Assembly: GCA_036172245.1 (NCBI GenBank)
Contig: JAYWIR010000041.1
Coordinates: forward strand, 1,302,001 to 1,366,000
Source: Raillietiella orientalis
Taxonomy: Eukaryota
Direction: 5' to 3'
Length of the DNA: 64,000 nt
Both the position numbers and the translations under genes were made by a program. A model generated the notes under the pieces. It searched no databases. It saw nothing but the letters and a program-made list of their open reading frames with translations, and was not told where the DNA came from. Of this stretch, positions 25,211 through 36,205 are shown in pieces. Position 1 is the stretch's first letter, and each line of letters opens with the position of its first letter.

Positions 25211-28200
25211 TTATGAAATCCCATCTCCATCCTCACACTGAGGTTCCACTTGGAGTTATTTTAAAACTTTTTTCTTGTATTTTCCTTTCACCGAGTTTTC
25301 CTTAAGGCACGCAGGAGATGCCTAAATCTTTCTTTCGAGATGCCTTTCTAGATAATTGTAAGGTATTTTCTACTTCAGTTTGAACTTGTTTTCAGCCCTC
25401 TGCTCCGAAAAGAGTACCCGGTAACCAAAGGACTCTATTGCTGGACTTGGTTACGACTCCAAGGGACTCATAACAAGGACCAATATCGAAATGCAAGAAG
25501 CCGGAGATCATTAAGAAGGTAATCTGCAATTTTATAGATGCTTTTTATATCACTACCGGGACTGTTGCGTTTTCCACGTGGAGCACTACCGGACCTGAAA
25601 CAACACAAGATCTAATAACAAAGCTACAGAGAAGTGGACGTTCGGAACACCAACAGGAGATTCATCCTGATGTTTCTGAGAATGAAGAATGGAGAAAACA
25701 CTTGGAAAAATGAAGAATATAAAAAATACTTCTTTAAGGGGAAAGTATGCTTGCGAGCGCGCAAAAGAGCACAGAAAACAAGAGTAAATGCCTAGGACTA
25801 GGAAGCGTTCGTAGGACCATCATCGGGCTCCGTTGCTGGGATCGTGTTCGTGGTTTCTGTTCGAGACGAATTTGCCTTTCGATTGCGCACCTTGTCTTTA
25901 TGGGCAACGGTCAAATTTTCCAGAGGCTGCTGTGCACTCCCTTCGTTTTTATTAGAGCATCTTTCAGTTTGCATCGATTCTTGTTCTCCCCGCGTTGGGA
26001 GGCTTGTCTTTCGCTTTTCCTGCGCCCTCCTCCATTCTGCGGCCACTACAAACACACCACCATTTTGGATTCTCTACCCTATTCGCATACATGTTCCACG
26101 AGGACCAACCTTTCTGGTTTACCTTTTGCACTGGGTTGTGGCAACGAGAGAAAAAGCTCCAACCAGGACTAGAACGAGTGAGGTTGATCGTCGTGGTCAC
26201 AATGGACGCTGGCATCAAAAAGGTATCTTTGAGGACACTTCTCGTGCTTCAACACGAGTTCTCGTACACGTGCATCCTCATCCACTTTCATCAACGATGC
26301 ATCGCTGTTCATCCTTGCTGCCGTCGCCATGATCTCCCTTAATTTGACTGACAACGCGTTTCAGTTGATCTAATCGGGTCGACCCTTCTACTCTTCGTAA
26401 AACGGGAGCGCGTTCTCTGATGGAGCGGCAGTGAGGGGTCGTTCGGATGGCGACTCGCGTTTTCCACGAATGCGCATCACGGAAGAACAACGCGGGGTTC
26501 CAGGAAAACATTGGAACGACTGGCAGCTTAGTGGGAGTCTTCGGACTTTTCGAAAACATCTGTAGCTGCAGATGGGAACTCCAAGCCCTGCATAGTGGGA
26601 GCCACCTCGCCTGGAAGTAAGATTCGCATCCCGGCTGCTCCGGTGGCATCCAGTAGCGTCTTTTCATGGTTTCCACCTCTAGGCGATGGAGACCATCTCC
26701 AACAACCATTTCCGCGGCGTCCTGGATTCGTGCGCTTCTTTCCGAAGATACCCCGAAGTGAAAGGGTTCTCCTGCTGAAGAGTAGGTTGCCGCACGCCCG
26801 GCTTCCTTGCGCTTTCTGAAGGAGCATCCTTCCTCTCTTCTGCGTTCTAGGCAGCGATCCTGCTAATATTGATCTCCGTCCTTCAATCAGCTGCATCTCC
26901 ACAGCCCGCCCTGCTAATGCTCCCCATCAGTGTGAGTCCTGCCATGCATCTTTTAACACGTGATGATGACCATTTCTCACGTTGCTCTGCCCGAAACCTG
27001 TTACAGAAAGGCTGTGGATTTCTTACCTCGTGGACGGCGAATCACAGCTGGAAATCTCGGCTGTCAATAAGTGGACACGAAGGGAAAGCAACCGAAATCA
27101 GACAGCGAAAGCAGTAAACACTACTCGGCCCTGAGGAGTAAGGACTTTCGGTTACCATTTTTTCCTTTTTATTTCTCTTAGAACCGTGTGGGAGGAAAGG
27201 TGGGTGTGTTCCCCAATGCTGAACTCGGTATGAAACACAGAAGCATAGATGAGGAGAACGTGAGGTCACCCACGACACCGTTCACCCGTTTCACTTTCCT
27301 CAGTCGCCTCTGTCGCGCTCGCTGTGCTTTGCCGCGCTTGCTAATCGATGTTTCGATGTCGCGGTTCTTCAGACTTCCGTCGTTCTCTGTACATTGGCAC
27401 TTCTCCCATCAGCTGCTTCGACGCAGATGCGGGAATTCGTGGAAAACAAACAGATCCTTCGGTTCCTTTTCTCTCACTCTTTTACAAGCACGCAGGATCT
27501 CGGATTCTGGAGCCAATGTGGAGAGTCCCCAAATCTACAAAAACGACCAGGAAAGCGAAGCAGATGCCTTCGGACACCGAAAATTCTGAACCCCTTCCTC
27601 AAGACCAAAAAAGCGAACAAAAGAGATGTTACAAAGATCAAGGCAAACTTTGCTTCTTTTCCAGATCTCATGGAGCAGACATACTTATGTTTTTCTTCTC
27701 TTAGAGGTGGAATGTCAGATGTAGCCGAATAACTTCGAGCGACCTCTCTCGCCGAGTAGCCTTCTTAGGGGCAAGCGGCTTGGACGAGCGCGAGAGCCCA
27801 GTCAGCACAATGTGCCAACTCTTTTCTTAATGCTATTTGTTGTCCACACTTTCGCTCAAGGGTGGATCTCTTTCCTTGAGTTTTTCTTCTTCTTCCGAGG
27901 GGGTGGCTCGGCTTTGAAGTCACCTAAGATCCGTACTGCCATCTTCCTCACTTTTAATTCGAAGACCACAGCAAAGTGCTGGGAGAATGCGAGTGTGGAG
28001 GTGGCTGCGCTTGCTACTCTTCTCCTGTTCTGCTCGCCGCTACCTATTTCGGCCTCATCCTGAAGAAAGCCGCGGTGAGCAGACAAAGCCAAGAGAAGTC
28101 GGGTCGTTTCGCTCACCAGCTCCCCTCTGCCACGGGTGAAAAGGTCCGATGCGACCCAAACGTCTCGCTCCGAATCGGTACTTTGCGGCGGGAGAAGGAA

Positions 28201-29909
28201 ATGAAAAAGGGTCTTCCTCTTTCCACGAGGCGAACGCGTCAAGCACAGAGGACGGATCGCCACGAATCAGCAGCGAAGGTAAAGGTTCGGATGCAGGGGC
28301 GAAGCGAGCGGCGGGTTTGACTCGAAGCAAGGCAGGCAGTCAGGCAAGATGAGACCCGGACGGCGACTTGCTCCCACCTCGACTGACCTCATCAGAACGC
28401 CAGCCAGAAACAATCTGCTCCAGCAGGAAGCACGAGCACTGTGTCGGCTGGACTCTCGCGTTCTTCCAAGGACCCACGGAGCCTCTTGGCTCTCCTTGTA
28501 CCCCACCGCCATCTTCGCTGGTGGAATCAGGAGGAATCAGCTGCGAGAAAGGGGTCTGTCGGTGCATCCACTATCTGATAAACTGTGGGAGCGCTAAGTA
28601 GGCTGGCCAGCGACTCGGGGGACTGTGGAGAGATTTTTCCGAGAGAAGAGGCGTCACTTTTTCCCCTCTCTTATGTACCCCGGCGTGCTATCGGATAGCG
28701 TGTGGCTCCCTAAGAGCCCGAAAACTCCAAGAACGAGGAAGCGAAGGTTCCTTCCCCTCCCTTTCCCACCTCCACAGTGCGTCCAAACCTCCTACAACGT
28801 TTCATCCGCGGCCAACCCCCGTCGGGCGGATTCTCGAGACCGAGCATCGAGCCTGCCGCGATCGGAAGAATAGGAAAGGCCTCTGGGGCGCCAGCGTCCC
28901 TGGGAGCGCAGCAGCACGTGCTTGCCGGGGGTGGAGTGTGGAATCGCGCCTCACGGTCCGAAGGAAGTGCGGACGTTCGCAGCTTCGTGGGCGGGGACCA
29001 CGGGTGCGCCGTTGCGCCCGAGGAGGCGCAGGACGGCAGATGACGCTCTCGCAGCCCGGTCTCGTGTGTATCACCGCACTCCATCTCTGTTGGAAAATAT
29101 CTGCAAGCAGCCGCATTTCCCGTTGCGATTTTCTTTTTCTTCTTCTTTTTTTTTTTTTTCTGGAACCGGTGACGGCCATGCAAATTGGGTATCCACAAAT
29201 ATGTCCAATTTCCATCTTAATGGGATTCTTATCCCGTCAGCACACGAATCTGCAGACGATAAAAGGGAATCATGAAATCGAAAGTCGTCGTAAATAACTC
29301 AAGGTACAACAGAATATCCTCTTGCTGAATCTGCTGCTGAGCGAAAGATTTATGGGATGAGGGTGTCCCGTAATTAATCCTCCGTAGGAAGAATTTGGGC
29401 CACTCGCGGTGCACGCTCGGACCCCGCGATGCTCTCCTGGTGCGTCCACCGCACCGCTGCGTCTCGCGTTGCTCAGAAACGTGGAAAGTTGCCGCAGCCG
29501 CTGTTGTTTCACTCTTCGCTTATCGAAGTGGGCCTCGGATGAACATCTAGAAAACAAACTACCCCTACTTTCGAGCCCGGAGGAAGCATCTCGGTCCGTC
29601 TCTTTTTTGTGCGCATCATGAAAGAAGGGAAAAAGAAAAAAAAAATTTTTTTCCTTCCTTTTCTGCCGTCATGCTGCTATTTAAATGATGCCGAGAAAGA
29701 ATGGCTTTCGCAGTGTTTATATTTCATCTTTTCGGAATGAAGTTACTAATCTTCTTTAACTTCAAGATATCTTTCGAACACGTCGTTTTAGGGAAGGTTC
29801 TTTTCAAATGAGGACTTCCATTACCCAGATAACAAATCACGTGCTCCAGACAATCCCACTGATTGCTTCTCCATCTTCTTTCTTCTTCTTTTTTTTAAGC
29901 TGCGCTTAC

Positions 29910-32900
29910 AAAATTCAGCCTCCCGTTCCAGAACCCGTGCTTCAGCAGTTCCAATCGGAAACGTCGCACGGTTCCGCCTTTCGCATTGCCTGCTTTGCTG
30001 CTGCGCTGCTCGGATCTGTCGTCGTAGCGTAGCAGCAAAAGACACAGGACACGGAGCACCCGAGTGTGTGCTCAGCACCAACCCGTGCGTGTCAGGAGAT
30101 GAAGAAGGATGCCCGATCGAGCGATCCCATTTTGCTTTCCCTGGTGGCGTCCTTCCTGCTTCGGGAGATCCCCACACAGTCGAATTGCGCGCTCTCTTCC
30201 TGGTTTGCGACTGCGCGATGCCGCTTGGGCTCCTGGGCCTCGAGTTGGGCATTTAGTTCGGCTGCTCTGCTTCACGATTCTGCAAAGGAAACGCGTGGGG
30301 GGGAGGGACCCACTGTCTTCTGATTGGCTTCAAGACTTCCCTCCCCCATTCCCAACGAAGCCCAAATCTATGAACATCTGTTCCGGTTCTGTTTTCCATC
30401 GGTGGCCTTCCTGGGCCGCTCCAATTGATTAGCAATTCTAAAATCGCTCACAGTCACCTTCGCCATCCTTAAGAAATTCGGGTCACATTCTATGCCCGGA
30501 CTAGCGGTTTCCTAAATTGCTGAAGCCCTTTGAGGTTTGCGCTTTTAACTATATGGTTTTGGCGTTTTTTGTCAGCTCACTCTTTGAAGAGACAAAAGGA
30601 AGTTGATCTTTTCCTTGGTCTGAATTTTCACAGAATGATTTTTCCTTGTTGCGGTAAGAAATCGCTTTAAAATCCCCAACCTATCCCTACTTCTTTCAGG
30701 GACGAGCGCAAGTGTAGCCTGGAAGATGTTTTCTCGGTGGGTGTCTCGATGAAGCTGCATAGAAAGGAGGACATCAGGACGTTGAATGATAAGCAAGAAT
30801 GGGAAGTATCTCTCTTCTGGTCCATAGGATACGCCTTTCAAAAAAAAAAAAAAAACGCAGCAGATATTTTTTTGATCCAAGAAAAATCCCGAAATTTCGA
30901 TTGTCATGCAAGGAAAACATCTGTTGTCACATCTTGTAGTCCGTTTAGTCTTCCGGCTTCCTGCATCTAGATCTGGTTTTCTCCCTCTTGCCCTCCGTTG
31001 AAATGTAGAAAACTCAATCCGAACAAAACGAAAAGTCCTTCTAAAATACAGAAAAGGATTCCCACTCTCTGCTTTGAGAAAGACTTTTCCTGAAACAATG
31101 ATAAAATCTTTGCTTCCTGAAGAAACGCTGCGGTGGCCACAACCTCCTCATTTTTTCACAGCTTCCTGCAACGTGAAAAATCATCCTAATCGGCTCCCGG
31201 AGGATATAAAATAAGCATTCGATATCCCGCTCTGCATTTTTTAAGGATTTGTCCCCCAAGATTCTCAGAAGCAGATTCCTTCGTACGAGCAGAAGCCATG
31301 AGGCGGTGCGGGAATCAGGTCGACTTTATTTTGCCTCCGGTGTTTTCGGGAAAGAAATCTTCGCCTCTTGAGATCCCGTTCTGGACCGCTGCTTACACTT
31401 CAGCTTTTTTAGGCATCACGTCTGCTTGAGAAGTCCCCAAATTTCCAGGAGGCGCGCGCGAGCTGGCTGAAGGATGCGAGGACCATGGGTTCCCTTCTTT
31501 CAGGTATATCGGCGGCTTAATTTTTTGGTCATCAGAAAATGGATTTCTTCTCAGCGTAATCACTCCATTGAGATACTTTTTGATTGCACTCATCGGGATG
31601 CGGGAAACTCTATTCTTATGTTTATTCTATTTGCCCTGTCCCATAATTCATTATTCTCACAATTCATTATTCGAGACGTTACTACTAGTCGTGTTTTACT
31701 AATCCGTTCGGTTATTCCTTCTAGCTAATAATTTTCCATATACTGCCTTACATCTGCTTCTAAATTATGGATTCAGAATTCTTTGTGGCGGCGTTTCCCA
31801 AACTTTTCCCAAGACGGAACACTTCACCAATCCTGAAATTTTAACGGATTACCTTCGTCATGTTATAGGGCAGGTAGCTATTAATAATAAATAAATCAAG
31901 CAAGTAAATATAAGAAGAGTTAAGAAAACAAAAGAAGCATTTATTCTCAAATTTTAATTATGTAAAAAAAAAAAAACACATGAAAATCGTAAAATACACT
32001 TTAAAGATATATTGATTTTCGTAATTTTTCACCGAACACTTATTGACTTTCGGCGGAACACTGGTGTTCCGCGGAACACAGGCTGGGAAGCGCTGCTTTC
32101 TGGATTCAGTTAGCGTCTGCCAGCGAACGCTGACCATTCTCTCTCCACCCTTGCTTTTCAACACCTAGAACGGAGGCCCTACGAGCAAATCCTGTCATTT
32201 TATTGAATCCTTTAAAGCTTTCGAGCAAGCTCGGCTTCCATTGAATCAGTCCTCCTGCTTCCATTTGTACGCATTCTCTTTCTTTCTTCCCTTTCGAACC
32301 ACGCTGCTCCCTTCCAGCTGACTCTAGAAGAGTGTACGGTAGGGACGTTCACTGGTGCCATCGCGAAAGAGGTCCAACCCAACGACTAGGTGGAGGTCCG
32401 CGTTCGCAAAATCGAATCGATTTCCGTAGATAGGGGTGCCTTGGACTGGCTTTTCTACATGACTCCAGCTGCCGATCCGGAAAGCTTGCTGCTGCTGGAG
32501 GGACCCCAAACCCCCGGAACTGTCATCGGCATCACTCTGCTTGAACTCACACAGCGCTCCCATGCTTGCTCCTTTGCGCGCAGGCACTCGCGACAAGAAG
32601 GGCGGAAAAAAGGACACACAGATCCAGGTTTCCCGGAACAGCCGTTACCATTCTTTTAAGTTACTCTTGTTAGCTGCTAATTCCGTCCCAGGAACTCATT
32701 AGCTGTGGAATTGTAAATAATGTAAGGACCTATATGGTGCTGGAAATACCTTGTATGCTCCTGGTTAGAAATGCTGAAGCCAAGAGATTCAGCCCTGTCC
32801 TGTGAGGATGGGATTCCTCGCTGGAAAGGCAAACGAGTTTGCTTTTATGTGCATCGAGAAAAATCTTTTTCTAAGAATTGAAAAAAAAAAAAAAGAGAGA

Positions 32901-33270
32901 CATCATGGCTTCAGCATTTGAGGAAAACTTCAGGCGCTCATCCATTTATTCATTAAAATTGACGAAGTTGGAATTTGCAAAACAAAGCAAATTCTTTGTA
33001 GAGGTGAAGGGAGAAAACGTCCTGGACAGAAGTGTTTGTGCGAATGGCGGACATCCGATCTCTCTCTTTTAAAGGAGAAATTCTCCTGCTTCTGAGGCGC
33101 ACAGTCGAGTATGAAGAAGGGACGCGGGATACGATGGATAGGATGCTGAGCAGAATCTCCCTGACGATGAATCTCCCTGGTGAAAGATACCGGACAGGAG
33201 ACTGCGCTCTGGTGCTTGGAACCTCCTCGGCAGAGTCGAAGCGAACATATTTCTATGGCTGGAGCAGGGC
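29910..33270 (-). pseudogene. Multi-exon variant ionotropic receptor (IR / iGluR-related chemoreceptor) pseudogene
   Basis: Collinear IR-like motifs on the minus strand: FFILDCAPQ (~33110), FRIGSWS...IYGNRFDFANADLHLVV (~32480-32380), LLEIWGLLKQT* (~31450), LKNAERDI...EPIRMIF...FFRKQR (~31245-31110), ag|GVSYGPEE...FNVLMSS(fs)FYAAS (30836-30750; QG-P and M2 YxA motif), and a hydrophobic M3-like segment (~30120-30030). Stops and frameshifts present. Confidence 0.55.
31789..32095. mobile_element. hAT-superfamily (Charlie/Buster-like) MITE, 307 bp
   Basis: TIRs CGGCGTTTCCCAAAC and reverse complement CAGCGCTTCCCAGCC (11/15 identical). 8-bp TSD CTTTGTGG (31781-88) / CTTTCTGG (32096-103), 7/8 identical. 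Subterminal CGGAACAC/GTGTTCCG repeats and an AT-rich core. Confidence 0.8.
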
Positions 33271-34961
33271 ATTCTTCACGCTTGCTTGGGAAGAGGGGCT
33301 CGCACCTTGGTTTGAAAAAAGGGGGAAGAAAAAAAAAAAAATTCCTTTCCCTTGTCCACGCACCAAGTGAGGATCCCCGTAGGTTCACCTCCGCAGCTCC
33401 CTTCAGCTCGCTCTAAGCAGTCGTGCAGATCGCATCGTCAGGTTGCGTCAGAAAAGTTTCTCATGCTGCTAACATGCACCAATTAAGGAGCAATTCGCTC
33501 TTTTAATGAAATTATTTGATTGCGTACTTGAGCTAAGATTTGCCGGATATGGGTCTCCATATAAGTCTCACGTCGCAATTAGAGGTTTCCAAACTTAAAA
33601 AGCTGGACGCAAATATGTCTTATTACACTGAGCAGGAACTGCTATCAGCGCTTATTCTCAGTTTATGGGCCAACTTTTTCGTCATAGTATCGGTATTTAA
33701 AGAAATAATTGAAAGTGACTTTTAAGGTGGTTTCGGGTAGTGAGATGAGGAGGACGTGGCGCTTTAAACAGCATCCGTTCCTTTTTGCAGCATTCTCAAA
33801 AAGTCCAAGGATCGCTTTTTTTTTTTCCCCGTTTCCCCCGGTCCTTTCTAGATGGCGGCAAAAAGCGGAAAAGCGAAAAAAAAAAAAACAAAAAAAGTGT
33901 TCCTCAAAAGTGTCGCCAGAAATCCACGATTCGATCGATCCATTTGTTTCATCACGAACATGCGTTTAGGGCGGCCATTCCATTCATGCACAGCGCGATC
34001 GAACGCAACACGTATCCCCCCATTCAACCGAGGAAAAATGAACACTCTGATGAACACCGTGTTCCCATACGTTCAAACGTGTGGCCTCACTAAGTGTTGC
34101 GTTATTGAAAGCTTTTCATCATAACCTTGCGTGAAATGCGTGACGTTGTGTTCGTCCTACCTAGCCCGGTAGCACTTTTTTATTTGGTAATTTGCTGACG
34201 GTTATTAAAGTTGATGTCCTCTGCTGAGTGCTCGCAGCAGAGACTCCTATTAACGGTTATTTTTGTCATTAACTTGCACTTTTCCAACTCGGAGAACGAG
34301 AGAGGGTCTTTCTTCACGAGATGCTGTCGAAATAAATTCAGGCAGTCTTTCACAAGCTCTTCGACATTCTGCTCATGGATGCCAGCCCTACCACTCGCCT
34401 GCTGGAATCCGGGTGCTGAGCATTGGTCTGATTTCCTTCACTCACCCGTTGGTTGTTGCTGTTCTGAGAAGCGTCACCACCTGGTCATCTAGGCAGGCAG
34501 AATCTTCCTGTTGAGAGCTCGCGGTGATCGGATTCCGTTCTTACTATTCGAGGAAATAAGAGGAAAAAGAAAGAAACCTGAAAACGAAAAGTCTTTTCAG
34601 CTTCTCCGCGAATTGAGCACCCTTCGCCGATCTCTGGCATCCATCATCACAACTCAGTATCGGATTTCACAGAGTGCGTGGCTTCGTGCGCACCGATCTC
34701 ATGCCTGGAACGCTGGCGGAAGAAACGCCCGCATCATCAAATGCTCGATTCCCAGATAAGACATTCCTTTACTTTTTCCCCAGCCTGCTATGACCGCGGT
34801 CCGAATGGCGGTGGAGTAAATTCATTGATCCGAAGCAGCACAAGGAAGCAAGCTAACAATTCGCTGTTGCCATGGGCAACATTAAAGACTTCTCACCGCT
34901 TGATTGGGGTGTCGCAGGAAAAGGGTACCGCTGTTCCTGTGGAACGCGTGCTTGGCAGGTA

Positions 34962-35003
34962 GAATGGGTAGGGTTTCGGGGGATTCAAAACCCCTACCCA
35001 TTC
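34962..35003. repeat. Short inverted repeat (hairpin)
   Basis: GAATGGGTAGGG (34962-73) is the perfect reverse complement of CCCTACCCATTC (34992-35003), extendable by TTT/AAA after a bulge. Confidence 0.8.
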
Positions 35004-35049
35004 ACTCCTGTGTTTTGCACTCGGGGTCTTTCGCTTAGAGCAGTGCCTG

Positions 35050-35620
35050 CTTCTTGAAGTTTATGGAGAATGTAGCTGGGACTTTCCCGCGGCCTCAGAT
35101 TCCAGTTCCTTTTTTCAACAAACCGTCAGGATGTCCTTCGCTGTTACCTGTACACTCCTCTGGGGTTCGGTTCTGCTGATGAAGATGCTCCCCGGATGAG
35201 GAAGTAGACAATTGTCGTCCACAGTGTGGGGTTTGCAGGGCGACAATTCCATGTCCTTGGAAGAGCCCACGAAGGATCGCAACCTAGGACTGGACCATCA
35301 CATTCGTTGTTTGTTCAACCGCTTTCCAGTCCCTAGACTAGGGTTCGGTACATGTTCGTCGCTGGGGTTGCCCATCCGGTGTCGAAGCCTTGCGCCGCAC
35401 GGGATCTCACCGTGATAAAATATCAGGATCTCTTCTCTGGAAGCAGCTCGGATCTCCACAGGACGGTTCCGACTGCCCGTGGGTTTAGGTCCCACGGGCC
35501 TACATCTTTCTCACGGCTTCCGCCGCGGTAATGTTGGGCCGCACGTGTTCCTCCGGAGCATGATGGAGGGAATTGACTGCACACACGAATGGCATGCACG
35601 TGAGATATTCTGCTATCAGT
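35050..35620 (-). mobile_element. Possible LINE RT C-terminal relic
   Basis: Minus-strand PWDLNPRA (cf. WxLxxNxxK) and NMYRTLV*GLESG (cf. LYxxLVRPxLEY). Weak. Confidence 0.25.
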
Positions 35621-35830
35621 GTCGCAAACAGGATCCAGATATATGAGACGACGGCTTTCTCTCTCGCTTCGGTAAGACTTCTCCATAAGAAAATGAAAGT
35701 ACGCTCTTGAGAAGGCAACTGTCTTTCAAGAAACACATATCATGTTCAAGATTTAGGAAACCTGAAATCTTGCTAGCATTCGTTGCGATGCAAGGGTTTT
35801 CATTTCGCACGTCTGATGGCTGTGGAATTT

Positions 35831-36205
35831 GCTAACTCATCTATCGACACCTCACCTCATGATAGATATTACGTCGTAGCTCATTTCCACATTTTTCCTT
35901 CACTATGCCCTATTCATAGAAGCTGCATTCACATTTATCGTTGGCTTCATTCACTGATATCCATTAATAACTGGTTTATCTCTCCACTGCTCCATGCTCA
36001 ACATCCAGTTCATTTCAATATTCCTTGGAGAGAACATAACCTTCTTCCCTCATCACTTCCGAGGGCTCATAGGTGCGTCACGGCGCTATTCAGATACCTC
36101 CAGTGTATGAAACATATAATCATCCTTAGGCTCTCTCATTTTCTTCATCTCCTCATTACTCATCTTCATTGTTCTAGAAAGACTCATCAACAACCAACCA
36201 ACTGT
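35831..36205 (+). pseudogene. cox1: NUMT: nuclear copy of the mitochondrial cytochrome c oxidase subunit I 3' region
   Basis: ANSSIDTSPHDRYYVVAHFH, then a 13-nt insertion, then YALFMEAAFTFIVGFIHWYPLMTGLSL...[41 protein letters not shown]...LES. This reading requires TGA=Trp (35955, 36108), ATA=Met and AGA=Ser (36180). Frameshift, short deletion and TAA (36117) show it is non-functional. Confidence 0.95.

Noticed and set aside
32318..32570. + strand LEECTVGTF as a cadherin repeat
   Set aside because: No DxD, LDRE or DxNDN motifs and an in-frame stop. The minus-strand IR reading is preferred.
33032..33370. ERYRTGDC as an adenylation-domain (YRTGD) motif
   Set aside because: Isolated match with no other ANL motifs. 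The opposite strand fits the collinear IR model better.
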